A stretch of 59,916 bases of DNA from a virus: the UHGV virus genome UHGV-0126570. The stretch is one strand, 5' to 3'. Below are positions 9,351 to 20,097 of the stretch, piece by piece. The position numbers and the translations under genes are program-made. Each line of letters begins with the position of its first letter. Positions within the stretch are counted from its first letter, which is position 1. Under the pieces are notes generated by a model. That model was not told the origin of the DNA. It made no database searches and saw only the letters and a program-made list of their open reading frames with translations.

Positions 9351-10313
9351 GTGAGTATTTTAAATTCAGTTTCAGTAACTTTCAACACTTCTGAGTATAA
9401 AAACAACACTGAATACCACAAAAAAATCAAAGGTCATCAGTTGAGTTTTTTTGCTCGCCACTGTGGTTTTCTTTCCCCTTCACATAGCGCCATTATTGCC
9501 GAGTTCGCCAACCTGGCAGGGGCTACCGATGAATACATGATCCGTCGTTCATATGCTGATATGTCCGAGATTACAGGACGCAGTATTTCTACTGTGCGCC
9601 GGGCATTTGCTGAAGCGACGAAGTGCGGAATGCTTGTTAAGCAACATCAGGTAGCGAATAACAATGCTCAGGTGTGTAACGTATACCGGTTTACAACACA
9701 ATTTCTCCACTTCATTCATGTAGCAATGGAGATAGGGGGTAAGCAGGGCATCAAATTTGCGAACGCCACAAAACTGGTTAAGCAGTTGATTTCAAAGGTT
9801 CGGTATTTTTTTGAAACTGGGAACCCCCTGTTCAAATTGAACAAGTCCCCCCATGTTCAAAATGAACAGCCAATAGAAAATAAGAGTCACTCTATAGCCA
9901 AAAGAAGAGAAAGATCATGCGCGGTTCAGCCAAAGGCTTCACCAGCAGATAGTTCCCAAGCGGATAATGGATTACTGGATAAAAAACCAGCAATCAGGGA
10001 AGAACATACCGACCACTGCCTGGCGGCGGCAAAAGCGAGAGCTGCAAAGCGTCGTTCAGACGAGGGGCACGCAAAACGGCAGGCTCTGTATCGTACCGCT
10101 GAAAAGCTGGCAAAAAAATTTGCATGGATACGTAGTGCCGCTACCGCAGTGAATAAGCCTAAACAATCCAGTGCCCTGGATTTCTCAATGGATTATTCTG
10201 GCTCCCAGGGGTGTGCAACCATTGGTGAAGCCTTTGACCTGATGAAACAGCGTGGCTATCGGTCTGAATTTGACCGGGAGGATTGGTCAATCCCTGCGGG
10301 ATTTAGGGGATGA
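9351..10313 (+). CDS. HTH DNA-binding protein, possible replication initiator or regulator
   Basis: GTG start; helix-turn-helix-like segment MSEITGRSISTVRRAFAEATKCGML; basic C-terminal half. Preceded by a terminator and inverted repeats (GTATAAATC..GATTTATAC). Confidence 0.3.
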   Translation: MSILNSVSVTFNTSEYKNNTEYHKKIKGHQLSFFARHCGFLSPSHSAIIAEFANLAGATDEYMIRRSYADMSEITGRSISTVRRAFAEATKCGMLVKQHQVANNNAQVCNVYRFTTQFLHFIHVAMEIGGKQGIKFANATKLVKQLISKVRYFFETGNPLFKLNKSPHVQNEQPIENKSHSIAKRRERSCAVQPKASPADSSQADNGLLDKKPAIREEHTDHCLAAAKARAAKRRSDEGHAKRQALYRTAEKLAKKFAWIRSAATAVNKPKQSSALDFSMDYSGSQGCATIGEAFDLMKQRGYRSEFDREDWSIPAGFRG

Positions 10314-10726
10314 CCTGTGTGTCTACAAAACATCCCAATGATCGGAAAATGTTCGCTCGATGATTTGTATTAGAAAATTAATTTGCTGTTTCTAAATCGG
10401 AATGTATGATCTGCATCATCGACTGAAGTCATCCATTGCTGAAATTTTTAGTTGATCTTCCATGTTTTCAGGCTTATATTCATGCCGTCGTAGCAAATTC
10501 TGCGACCAGGTTTGACAGCCTGAATGTTAGTGCGGACAACCGCAGATTTCCGATATTGCGGTATTTTTGTGTCCGTAAACCGCGTTACGCCCGAATTATG
10601 GTGGGGCGTGATGGGGAGGCTTCGGCCTGCTGGTTTCACTAACGCCAGTCTGTCAACCCTGTCACGTCCTGCCACCTGTTTGACAGCGGGTAGCAGGTTG
10701 TTAAACCTGTTAGTGAGGCCGTAACT

Positions 10727-10951
10727 ATGGTTAATGCCAATCCTTGCTCACGTCCAGAATTCATCTGGCGTTTTCACTCCCTGCAAAAACACTGCGATCA
10801 CTTCGCAATTGCCGCAACTGAAAAAGAAGCCCGTTCTCTGATCCCTGATCAGTATGGCGTTCTCACTGGTCGTTTCTCTACTTCCCCACAACCAAACACC
10901 AATCCCTGGTATCGCAATATTACCAATCCCGGCATTGCGGAGGCTCACTGA
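10727..10951 (+). CDS. Small protein, paralog of the 47875-48090 product
   Basis: 74 aa; shares EFIWRF(H/Y)S.QKH...AATE.EARS with the second copy, which supports a real gene. Confidence 0.5.
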   Translation: MVNANPCSRPEFIWRFHSLQKHCDHFAIAATEKEARSLIPDQYGVLTGRFSTSPQPNTNPWYRNITNPGIAEAH

Positions 10952-11658
10952 TGGATATCTGCATTCTCGAAAAGCCATCAATGACCAGCATTGAGATCGC
11001 GGAGCTGGTGGGAAAACGTCATGACAATGTGAAACGCACTATTGAGACATTAGCCAAAGGTGGCGTTATTGCTCGTCCTCAAATTGAGGTTTTCGAAAAA
11101 ATCAATAACTTAGGACTACGGCGTAGTGTTGAGGCTTACGTCTTCGAAGGCGAGCAAGGCAAGCGCGATAGCATTATCGTCGTCGCGCAGCTCTCTCCCG
11201 AATTCACTGCCCGGCTGGTGGACCGCTGGCGCGAACTGGAAGAACAAGTACGCCAGCCGTTGACCGAAATAGAGATGATCGCCGCAATGGCTGCAAATGC
11301 AGTTCAGCAGCAAAAGCGGCTTCATGCTGTTGAGTCAAAGGTTAGCCAGGTCGCTGAAACCGTCGAGCAAATCAAGAAAGGCAATATTCCGGAAGGCTAC
11401 ATTGGCTACCGCCAGCTGGCGGCGAAATGTGGCCTGACTGAAGCCAAATGTCGCAACCTGGTTAACGCTTACCGGATTCCCACCGATACACATGAGTTTT
11501 TAACTCCAGAGGGGGTATTGTCGCGTCGTTCCATCGTGGCCTTATCTCCCTTCATGAATGCTTTTAACCGGATGATGTCGGAGGCTGAACACCGAGGAAA
11601 ACGCTGGTATCACCCCAAAATGGGGCAATTCCAGGTGATCGGTTGGGGAGGTGAATGA
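10951..11658 (+). CDS. Rha-family phage regulatory protein (antirepressor-like), truncated relative to the paralog at 48090-49031
   Basis: N-terminal MTSIEIAELVGKRHDNVKRTIE is Rha-like; long stretches are near-identical at nucleotide level to the second copy (e.g. 11180-11240 vs 48320-48380). Confidence 0.55.
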   Translation: MDICILEKPSMTSIEIAELVGKRHDNVKRTIETLAKGGVIARPQIEVFEKINNLGLRRSVEAYVFEGEQGKRDSIIVVAQLSPEFTARLVDRWRELEEQVRQPLTEIEMIAAMAANAVQQQKRLHAVESKVSQVAETVEQIKKGNIPEGYIGYRQLAAKCGLTEAKCRNLVNAYRIPTDTHEFLTPEGVLSRRSIVALSPFMNAFNRMMSEAEHRGKRWYHPKMGQFQVIGWGGE

Positions 11659-11855
11659 TGGACATCATGCAAGCGGTAAAAAAAATCAGGGAAGAACAGG
11701 CTGAAGTGTGCCGCCGTAAAGCATGGAGTGTTGGTGTATGGGCCTGGCCTGATAATTACTCTACTACCGGATGGTTTTGTATTAATGGACTCCAGATCCG
11801 GGAAGTTTATTTATCGACGGCTGATATAGTCGGTAATGATTGGATCGTGACTTGA
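11655..11855 (+). CDS. Short ORF homologous to the C-terminus of the full-length Rha paralog (split gene fragment)
   Basis: EVCRRKAWSVGVWAWPDNY...DWIVT aligns with ...TVCRRSSWPEGIWVWPEGG...DWIVS at the end of the 48090-49031 product, so copy 1 appears interrupted. Confidence 0.45.
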   Translation: MMDIMQAVKKIREEQAEVCRRKAWSVGVWAWPDNYSTTGWFCINGLQIREVYLSTADIVGNDWIVT

Positions 11856-11887
11856 TGCGTGATGCCCCGGCCTGGCCGGGGCTTTTT

Positions 11888-12373
11888 TCATGCCTCATTA
11901 GTTGAGGTTGCTGCGTCTCCGACTGGTAACAGAGCGGTATTGCGTGGTTCGCCAGCAGGCCAGCGATAGCCAGACACTCTTGATGTTGGGAATGCGCGAA
12001 TATTAACCGCATCCCCCTGGTTCCCACCCAGGACAAGCAGATCGCCATTGGCGCGGCGTCCGACAACGAAGCCTACGTGCCCACCGCCTACGCGGGTAAA
12101 TACAACGATACATCCGTATGCCGGTGTATCTAATTTCTCGCCCCAATCCAGATAGGATTTTGCCGACTCAAATCTTGTTGAGCGGATGCCTACACGTTCC
12201 AGCATTGCACCGACAAATGCTGCGCACCACGGCGTTTCATCGTCTTTAATTCCGCCGCGCTTGATGTCGCGCCAGAACTGAACGATTTCAGGGTTGTGTT
12301 TAGCGCCTTTTATTTCAGTCAGGCCAATGTGCTTACGGGCTTCAATTAGCCAGCGAGGTTCAATGTTTGCCAT
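11888..12373 (-). CDS. NlpC/P60-type (CHAP-like) putative cell-wall hydrolase
   Basis: Cys in ETPWCAAFV and His in GGGHVGFVV with spacing typical of papain-like peptidoglycan peptidases (TIGR02594-like pattern). Confidence 0.5.
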   Translation of the reverse strand: MANIEPRWLIEARKHIGLTEIKGAKHNPEIVQFWRDIKRGGIKDDETPWCAAFVGAMLERVGIRSTRFESAKSYLDWGEKLDTPAYGCIVVFTRVGGGHVGFVVGRRANGDLLVLGGNQGDAVNIRAFPTSRVSGYRWPAGEPRNTALLPVGDAATSTNEA

Positions 12374-12448
12374 ATTTTTCTCTCGGTCATGGGTTAATAA
12401 GTAGGCAAACTATGGGGAGTATGTGATTTTGACGGTAGTATCGTCCCC

Positions 12449-15400
12449 GTGAAAATAACATTCTCCATACCCTCTCAACCGTACCGCATAGCGGATTTTT
12501 TACGGTTTAGAGGGGGTAATCCTTTGGATAAACTACTTCATTCAATCAGTGAAGCCTCCAGCTTAGGCGAACTGATTGAAATTGTTAGTCGGTTGCATAA
12601 ATTACGTGCTGTTGCGACCTTTGGCGTTAAGAAAGTCGATGGTGTCAGCATTCAAAAAACACGGCGGGCAGCAAACAACGCCGCAGTAGAGCTTCTTAAT
12701 TCCCTTCCGCCCGGCTTCGATGGGGCGAAATTAACTGACGAACAACGTCAGATTCTTTCCGGGTATACCGGTGAAGGCGGCCTGACAGATGGTGAGGGCA
12801 GCCAATACGAATACTACACACCACAGTTTATGGCTGAAGGTATATGGGATCTGTTTGCTGACTACGGTATTGATGGCGGGCACGTACTGGAACCATCAGC
12901 GGGCACAGGTATTTTCCAGGAGACAAAACGGCAGGGCATGATAATGACCAGCGCCGAACTATCTCCGATTTCCGGTCGAATAAACCAGCTTTTGCACCCG
13001 GAAGACGATGTGAATATCGGGGCGTTTGAGGCGCTGGCGGCGAAAGACGCAATGTATGACCACGCTGTTGGTAACGTACCGTTTGGTGAAGGGCGTTCCG
13101 GCGTTGCCGGGCTTGATCCGGCATATGCAAACGAGAAGAACGTTGGCAATTACTTTGTGCTGCGCACGATCGACAAGGTTAAGCCTGGTGGACTAATTGT
13201 ATTGGTGGTGCCGAATGGCATGACCGATGGTACGAAATACAAAAAATTGCGCGATAAAGTCAGCCGTAAAGCGGAATTTTTGGGCGCACATCGTATGCCT
13301 TCTGGTACGTTCAGCGAATCCGGTACAGATACAGTGGTGGACGTATGGGTATTGCGTAAACACCCGGAAACCTTCCTGGAGATGATCCCCGACACGGATG
13401 ATGCAACGCTCAAGTCGGCAAACGTCCTTTGGGATACCTTCCTCAAAGGGAAATGGTTTACAACCGAAGGGAAGCGATTTGTTTACGGCGATATGGAGCG
13501 TACCAGCTTCCGCAATACCCTGGTGGTGAAAAAGGACGGTCGTGTATCCAATGAGTCGATGAAAACCGCTCTATCGCGCCGCTTTGAAAGCCGCATTAAT
13601 TGGGATTTGCTTGGCGTAACTACTCAGGCATGGCAGGGCGCGAAAGTGGGCGATAAACGCCTTGTAGGCGGCATCTGGCATGAGTTTGATGGCCTGAAAT
13701 GGGTCAAGGACGCGACAACCAAATCCTCCGCGCTTGATGTAAATCGATATGGTGTTACGACGTTTGGTGATCTGCAGATCGCGTTTCAGTCAACAAATGG
13801 CATTCTGGCGTTGTCATGGGACCAGATATCAGCGATCGCGTCCGACTATCCGTCGGTTATCAGTGATGAAGTAGCGGCAATGATTCGCTTTGCTGGCAAG
13901 CAGAGAGAAAAAGATAGAGAACGCGTTATGCGCGGCGCACTGATAGGGCAGTTGATCAACAAGGCGCTTGATAAGCGTAATCTGGGGGAAAATGTTGATG
14001 ATGAACTTGCTGATGCCGCGCGCCTGGCGGAAGCCGAAATTGCGAAGTATGGTCCGCCGCACGCGATTAAGCTGAATGGGATTGCTGAAGCTGGCGCTAA
14101 AAACTGGATGACTTTCACTGGCAACGTGAAACAGGACGGCTCTGCTTCTGACCTCCTTGCTGGACGACTTGATGTAACGGATGGTGCTGCCGGTATTGAC
14201 TTTACACGCCCGGAACAAGTTGTAACCCACCTTTTCAGTGACGTGGCACTTAATCCAATCACACTGGACGATTTTCGTGAGGCGTTTGCTGGCGAACTGC
14301 CAGGAGACGACGATGCTGCTCTGGAATACCTGGCGAAATTTGATGATATCGCTATTGATGGGTATGGCTGCCTGCTGCCGATGGACCGCGCCACCAGCGG
14401 CGATATTGCAACCAAAACAGCATTGCTGGTGGGCTGGCGTGATGCGTCAACAGGTGAGCAGAAAGCGAACTTTGAGCGTCAGTTGGCGAAAATCGAAGAG
14501 AAACGCATTTTCACGCCACTAAATAAAGTCACCGTTAATCTGAACGCCCGCTGGCTGGATCGCCGCTTGATAAAAGAGTTCCTGGCAGAGCAGGGCTATG
14601 ACGAGTTTAAGTATACAGAACCCGACCTTAAGGTTGAGGACGGCATTCTGGTATCTCCGGACGATTACGAAGGTAAGGACGGGGTATTTACTGGCTATCA
14701 ACTACGAACCGTAAACGGCAAAAACGGGAATGAGTTCAAGAAGGCCAACAATAAAGACGGCTTCCTGAACCAGTTAGAAAACTACCTGAACGGCATTAAA
14801 CCGCGTGGGCAGAACGCTAACGAGTACCTGGATAAGATTGCTCAACTGGAAATTAGCTTCAACGACTGGTTACGCACTCACCCGCAGGCTGATCAGATAG
14901 CCCGCGACTATAACGACGCATTTAATGGCTTCATCCCGTTTACGCATTCTGACGCACCGCTTGGCCTGGAGGGGATTAGTGGGAAGCGCATTCCTCTGAC
15001 TTATCAGAATGAAGAAGTTCGTCGCTTATCAGAAGATGGGCGCGGCATCATGGGATTTGGCACCGGGCTGGGTAAAACCACGACCGCGCTTGCGCTTGAG
15101 GCGTATAACTTCGAAACAGGTCGCACTAAACGCACGTGTATTGTTGTTCCGAAGGCGGTTTATCAGAACTGGTATCACGAGGCACAGAGTTTCTACAGTG
15201 CTGATGCCTTCGCCAATATGATGTTTATCGGTTTGGATGAAGTTCGTGATGACAGCGGAAATATTCTGACCGCGCCGGTGCTTGATGAAAATGGCGAACC
15301 ACGCCTCGACAGTAACGGGCAGCCTCTTACCCGAAATGTTGTGAAAGAGTCCGCCAGCGCCGTTATCGTTCAGCGCATGAACATGATCCCGTCGTCAAAT

Positions 15401-18400
15401 TGGCGAACGGTCATCATGACAAAAGAGCAATTCGCGTCTATCCCGCTACGAGAAGAAACCATTGAGGAAAACTCACAGCAAGCGGTCTTTAATGCTGTGG
15501 AAATGGGGCGTCTTGACCTGGCATCTGGCAAACACCGTGACGCGCAGAAGAAGAATAAGATTAAGGACCAGGCCGCAAATACCGGTACAACGAAGAAGCA
15601 GAATATCCCGTACTTTGAGGATATGAACTTCGATAGCGTAATTGCCGACGAAGGGCATAACTACCGCAACTCCTTTAGCGCCGGGCGCGAAGCGGGGCAA
15701 CTGGCATATTTGCCTAACCCGGCAGTATCCAAAATGGCCCGCGACATGGCTGTAAAAGCTGCGTACATGATGAAACGCAACAACGGGCGTGGTGTGGTTA
15801 TGCTGACGGCAACACCGCTGGTGAACAGCCCGATTGATGCTTTCAACATGCTGTCTACTGTCATTCCGCAGGAAGAGTGGATGCGCATGGGTATTGTTAC
15901 GCCGGATGATTTCGTTCGCGTGTTCGGTAAAACAGCCACAGTTCAGGTTCAGAAAATTTCCGGTGAGGTGGAAGAGAAGCAGGGACTGGTGGGCTTCCAG
16001 AACCTGGATGGTCTGCGTGGTATTTTCCATCGCTGGACTACTCTGAAGACTGCTGCGGACGTCGGGGCGACGGTAAAAATCCCTGATATTGTCGAGAATA
16101 CCTTGCAGATCCCGATGACAGGAGAGCAAGAGGCCATTTACGAAGAACTTCGTAAGCGTGCACAGGAGTTAAGTAGTAAAGATGCGCTGACGGTCGATGA
16201 AAACGGGCATATCACAAACGAAAAACCGGATGATTTCATCTTCTCCATCATCCGCGACATGGATAAGGTTGCTATAGATCCTGATCTGTATGCCAGTGCG
16301 ATTACATTCCAGTTCCCCGTTGAGCTTGCAGACAAGGTAAAAGCTATTGCTGATGCCCTGCCAAAAGTAGCTGGCGGTAAAGTGGCAGATGATGCAGACG
16401 AGGCCGAAGAAGATGGCGCTGGTGGGCTGGCCAGTACGCGTACCAGCAAGGTAGTGAAGACCACCTTTAGCGAACATCCGTCGCATGTTGAAATACGTGC
16501 TGGCATTGAACTGGAAGCTGAAATACTGAAGGCCATTGCGGCTGCCGGTATTGATATGCAGCAGGTATCACACCCCATCCCGCCGAAGTATGCCGCGCTG
16601 ATCGAAAACCTTCGTGAAGGTCTGAAGAACGGTAAACAAATCGTCTTCATTGATGAAAAAGCCCAGCACCAGAAGCTGCGCCGTATTATTGCCAGTGCAC
16701 TGCAAATGCCGGAGCAGGAGATAGGCATTATCAATGCGACGACAGTTAGCCAGGCTGGCGGCGTCAAGCTGAAGAAGGTGAATAAGCCGACTGAACCTAC
16801 GCCAAATAAAAACGGTGAATACAAAGAAGGTGCATGGGAAACCTACTACAGTAAACTTGCCCAATATGAGGATTATCTCTCAGCTAAAAATGATGCTGGC
16901 CTTGAGGGCATGGAAGGTATTGCCGCCGACTATAACGAAGGTCGCACGCGCATCATAATCTGTAACAAGAAGGCTGAAGTAGGTATTAACTTGCACATCG
17001 GTACAACCGATATCCACCATCTGACACTACCCTGGACTCCTGCCAGTATCGACCAACGTAATGGGCGCGGCGCTCGGGTAGGCTCACCACAAGAAAAGGT
17101 CAATGTTCACTACTATTGTGGCAAAGGCACATTTGATGACTTCCGTCTGGATACGCTGAAACGTAAGAAGGACTGGATCAATATGGTGATGACCTCCGAC
17201 ATGTCAGAGATCGCCAATGGTGATGCGGATGACGCAGATGAACGCGCCATTATGCTGGCGGCAAATCCGGAAGAACGCCGTGCAATCATGAGTCGTCAGG
17301 CGCAAGAGCGTGAAGAACGTCTGAAACTGAAAGCCCTACGCGAAGCCAATAATGCTCTCGATAACTACCTGAAAGCGGCGAATGCTGCCGGGAAAGATAT
17401 CGGCATGATGGAGACAGAACTGAAAAGCGCGATGGAGCAGGTAGAGCATTACCAGCGCAATCTTGACGGCCTGATTAAAGCGGGGACGAACAGGAACGGG
17501 CAGAAATATGTTCTGGAACAGTTGCGAGACTACAGAAAACGTGTGCGGGAGCTACGCTTTGCGATCACCAGAGCTAAAGACGCTGACACCGTTATGAAAC
17601 GTTCTCGTGGTGATCTGGAACGTGCGATTAAAGCCGGGGTTCTGGAGCTTGATGCCGATGTATTGCAGAACCCACAGGAGTATGTACGCACTGAGAAAAA
17701 TATCTTGTTGCACAAGGGCAGCCATTATCGCGCGATCATCGATGAGAATCACAATACGACAGCAATTGTTCGTGTTACCGCCATTGATGCGGAAAGGGGC
17801 GGGTGTACGTGCCGCATATCCTGGCTGGATGTGGCTAGTCGTTACTCTCGTTCTCCGGGGACGGCATTATTTTTGCCCTTTAACCTGATAATTGAATCGG
17901 TAACCTTTGAAGAGGGAGTTGCAGAATCGCGTGAAACAGCTGCACGTGGTGTTCAATGCCACCAGCTATCAACAACACTTACGCGCGATCAGTTCTATGA
18001 TGCTATTCGCAATGGGGTAATGAATGTCACTGCCGGGAAGCCTGGTAGAGTATGGGGCGGTGGTTCAGCTATTAAATACTGGGCTTATCGCACCGATGAT
18101 GGTCAGATTGCACTGTCATCGGCTTATGATGGCGTAATAGGTCAAAAAATCGGGCGAGCATCGGATATAGCGCCTGAGCGGTGGATTTACCCTGATGGCA
18201 ACGATGAGGCGCTGAAGCGTGAAGTGGCAAAAATACAAGCCAGTGATAACCCGCTGAATGTCGTGGACGGCGAGGGATTCCTCCAGGCATTGTATGGATA
18301 TGATTACATCCAGGGAATGCAGGCATGGGGGGCACAGGCCACGATGGATGATGTTTCCCAGGAGTTTGAAAACTGGATGGCAGGGCGTGGTTTGTCCGGT

Positions 18401-19363
18401 CGCTCACTTAATAAAGTTACTTCTGAAGATATTCTTAGCCTGTTCCGTAAACCGTCCGGAGAAGGGCTGGAATCTTTCTGGAAGACCGTGGTGGCATACC
18501 GTTTATTCCAGGGCAGGATGAAAGCCTTTAGCAACACTGATGACATTGAACGGATGTTTAATCAGGTGAAGGCCGCGAAAATTACGGCGAAAATTGAGAA
18601 AACACGAGCTGCGCTGGTGGCCTGGCGCGATGCATTGTTTGAGCAATATAAATCACTCAGCGATGCCGATGGCTGGTCGGCATTGGAGCAGCTGGCTAAT
18701 AATGGTGTCGATGGAGCGAAATTAGCCATTGTTCAGGCCGATAATCCTCTGGATTCGCCAGCAGCGCAGTGGATTAAGGTGGGGGCTGTCATCAATGCAT
18801 TTGATGAAAAACACATTAGTAAGGACGATTTTGCTGATGCTGTTTCCATTAACCGCCTGGTAGAAATGGCTGTCCGCCGTGCTCGTGCTTTGAAAGACGG
18901 GGACTATGTGAATGAGTTACCAGATGCGCTCAAATCGGCAACGTGGCAAGACTATGTATCGCTGAAAAACGGCGGAGCCACCGAATCAGAGATCGCAGAA
19001 AGACTTGAGCAGGCTGAAAGCAAAAGAGAAGAGCAGGCGGCAGTGGCAGAAGCCAGAGCTGAAGAAGCTGCGAACGATGATTATATCATTGTGGTTAATG
19101 ATAAGCCGATTCGCGCTAAAGCCCGTGTTCGCGGGCGCTGGTGGAGTGTCAGTGAAGATGTGGGAGCCGTTTATCTCATTGCCGATCAGCCCGGTTCCTC
19201 GACAATACGGAACGCCAAGGACGCGATTAAGAAGATTGGCGGGCGTTTCTGGAATTTTGAAGCAAACCCGGTTGCTGATGTGAACTTTGACCGTCCGGCA
19301 TGGATGGTATCTACGCGTTACTCGGTAGATGAACTGCGTAAAATAATCGCCGATGCGGCCTAA
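12449..19363 (+). CDS. darB: DarB-like giant antirestriction protein (N6-adenine methyltransferase fused to SF2 helicase)
   Basis: 2304 aa. MTase motif I (VLEPSAGTGIF) and motif IV-like (GNVPFGEG); helicase Walker A (GFGTGLGKTTT), DExH box (VIADEGHNY) and motif VI (QRNGRGAR). Size and domain order match P1 DarB. GTG start. Confidence 0.85.
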   Translation: MKITFSIPSQPYRIADFLRFRGGNPLDKLLHSISEASSLGELIEIVSRLHKLRAVATFGVKKVDGVSIQKTRRAANNAAVELLNSLPPGFDGAKLTDEQRQILSGYTGEGGLTDGEGSQYEYYTPQFMAEGIWDLFADYGIDGGHVLEPSAGTGIFQETKRQGMIMTSAELSPISGRINQLLHPEDDVNIGAFEALAAKDAMYDHAVGNVPFGEGRSGVAGLDPAYANEKNVGNYFVLRTIDKVKPGGLIVLVVPNGMTDGTKYKKLRDKVSRKAEFLGAHRMPSGTFSESGTDTVVDVWVLRKHPETFLEMIPDTDDATLKSANVLWDTFLKGKWFTTEGKRFVYGDMERTSFRNTLVVKKDGRVSNESMKTALSRRFESRINWDLLGVTTQAWQGAKVGDKRLVGGIWHEFDGLKWVKDATTKSSALDVNRYGVTTFGDLQIAFQSTNGILALSWDQISAIASDYPSVISDEVAAMIRFAGKQREKDRERVMRGALIGQLINKALDKRNLGENVDDELADAARLAEAEIAKYGPPHAIKLNGIAEAGAKNWMTFTGNVKQDGSASDLLAGRLDVTDGAAGIDFTRPEQVVTHLFSDVALNPITLDDFREAFAGELPGDDDAALEYLAKFDDIAIDGYGCLLPMDRATSGDIATKTALLVGWRDASTGEQKANFERQLAKIEEKRIFTPLNKVTVNLNARWLDRRLIKEFLAEQGYDEFKYTEPDLKVEDGILVSPDDYEGKDGVFTGYQLRTVNGKNGNEFKKANNKDGFLNQLENYLNGIKPRGQNANEYLDKIAQLEISFNDWLRTHPQADQIARDYNDAFNGFIPFTHSDAPLGLEGISGKRIPLTYQNEEVRRLSEDGRGIMGFGTGLGKTTTALALEAYNFETGRTKRTCIVVPKAVYQNWYHEAQSFYSADAFANMMFIGLDEVRDDSGNILTAPVLDENGEPRLDSNGQPLTRNVVKESASAVIVQRMNMIPSSNWRTVIMTKEQFASIPLREETIEENSQQAVFNAVEMGRLDLASGKHRDAQKKNKIKDQAANTGTTKKQNIPYFEDMNFDSVIADEGHNYRNSFSAGREAGQLAYLPNPAVSKMARDMAVKAAYMMKRNNGRGVVMLTATPLVNSPIDAFNMLSTVIPQEEWMRMGIVTPDDFVRVFGKTATVQVQKISGEVEEKQGLVGFQNLDGLRGIFHRWTTLKTAADVGATVKIPDIVENTLQIPMTGEQEAIYEELRKRAQELSSKDALTVDENGHITNEKPDDFIFSIIRDMDKVAIDPDLYASAITFQFPVELADKVKAIADALPKVAGGKVADDADEAEEDGAGGLASTRTSKVVKTTFSEHPSHVEIRAGIELEAEILKAIAAAGIDMQQVSHPIPPKYAALIENLREGLKNGKQIVFIDEKAQHQKLRRIIASALQMPEQEIGIINATTVSQAGGVKLKKVNKPTEPTPNKNGEYKEGAWETYYSKLAQYEDYLSAKNDAGLEGMEGIAADYNEGRTRIIICNKKAEVGINLHIGTTDIHHLTLPWTPASIDQRNGRGARVGSPQEKVNVHYYCGKGTFDDFRLDTLKRKKDWINMVMTSDMSEIANGDADDADERAIMLAANPEERRAIMSRQAQEREERLKLKALREANNALDNYLKAANAAGKDIGMMETELKSAMEQVEHYQRNLDGLIKAGTNRNGQKYVLEQLRDYRKRVRELRFAITRAKDADTVMKRSRGDLERAIKAGVLELDADVLQNPQEYVRTEKNILLHKGSHYRAIIDENHNTTAIVRVTAIDAERGGCTCRISWLDVASRYSRSPGTALFLPFNLIIESVTFEEGVAESRETAARGVQCHQLSTTLTRDQFYDAIRNGVMNVTAGKPGRVWGGGSAIKYWAYRTDDGQIALSSAYDGVIGQKIGRASDIAPERWIYPDGNDEALKREVAKIQASDNPLNVVDGEGFLQALYGYDYIQGMQAWGAQATMDDVSQEFENWMAGRGLSGRSLNKVTSEDILSLFRKPSGEGLESFWKTVVAYRLFQGRMKAFSNTDDIERMFNQVKAAKITAKIEKTRAALVAWRDALFEQYKSLSDADGWSALEQLANNGVDGAKLAIVQADNPLDSPAAQWIKVGAVINAFDEKHISKDDFADAVSINRLVEMAVRRARALKDGDYVNELPDALKSATWQDYVSLKNGGATESEIAERLEQAESKREEQAAVAEARAEEAANDDYIIVVNDKPIRAKARVRGRWWSVSEDVGAVYLIADQPGSSTIRNAKDAIKKIGGRFWNFEANPVADVNFDRPAWMVSTRYSVDELRKIIADAA

Positions 19364-19399
19364 CAGATAAGGAGCGGCCCCAACCGGGGCCGAATTTGA

Positions 19400-19834
19400 A
19401 TGACGACACTAATTGACACTGTAAAACCGACGGAATCCTACCTTGAGGAAATCTTGCCGCAGGCACTCAATGGCAGGAGTGAAGAAGAATACCTGACAGT
19501 TTATCTTGATGGCATGGTAGAAAGGCTGAAGAAAAATCCACAGCTTTATCACCTTTATGGTCCGTGGTGGCCCGCGCTCAAAACGATATTGCTGGAGCGC
19601 GGCGACATATCATTTGGACAAGTTGTAGATAGTGATGTGGCAGAGATCTACAAAATGAGTCGCCCGGCGCTTACGGTTTTGGCTGGGCATCTGTATTCGA
19701 GCGATCGCCTGGAAAATGACGCGGTATACAATCCCGTTCATGCTCTGGAAGTCGCACCTTATGCTGATGATACAGAGCCATACGTGTACACAAGTTACGA
19801 CGAGTCAATAGAGAAATATCGAATCATGGGGTAG
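19400..19834 (+). CDS. Hypothetical protein (144 aa)
   Basis: ORF after darB, ATG start; no recognisable motif. Confidence 0.45.
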   Translation: MTTLIDTVKPTESYLEEILPQALNGRSEEEYLTVYLDGMVERLKKNPQLYHLYGPWWPALKTILLERGDISFGQVVDSDVAEIYKMSRPALTVLAGHLYSSDRLENDAVYNPVHALEVAPYADDTEPYVYTSYDESIEKYRIMG

Positions 19835-19836
19835 CC

Positions 19837-20097
19837 ATGCGAAAGAATCGTAGGTTTACGGTCGAAGACCTAAAGGAATATTCCATATCGAAGGGGTATG
19901 TCCTTGAGTTTCACCGTTACAAGAAGGTTTTTACGCTGCGAAAAGCAGAAAACCCAGCGAGCTGGAGCTGGGTATACTTCCCTCATACAGAAGACAAACT
20001 GGTAGAGCTTGTTGATGATTTAACCTATGAAGGGTGGTTGATCGCAATCGACAAGACAATCACAGAAATATCCGAACCGGATAAAATAAACCTTTAA
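19837..20097 (+). CDS. Hypothetical protein (86 aa)
   Basis: ORF starting 3 nt after the previous stop. Confidence 0.4.
   Translation: MRKNRRFTVEDLKEYSISKGYVLEFHRYKKVFTLRKAENPASWSWVYFPHTEDKLVELVDDLTYEGWLIAIDKTITEISEPDKINL

Noticed and set aside
12828-18546. Many minus-strand ORFs of 60-230 codons inside the darB gene (e.g. 13846-14415, 15473-16129, 16138-16824)
   Set aside because: They lie antisense within a 6.9-kb gene with clear motif-supported coding on the plus strand; typical shadow ORFs with Ser/Ala-rich low-complexity translations.
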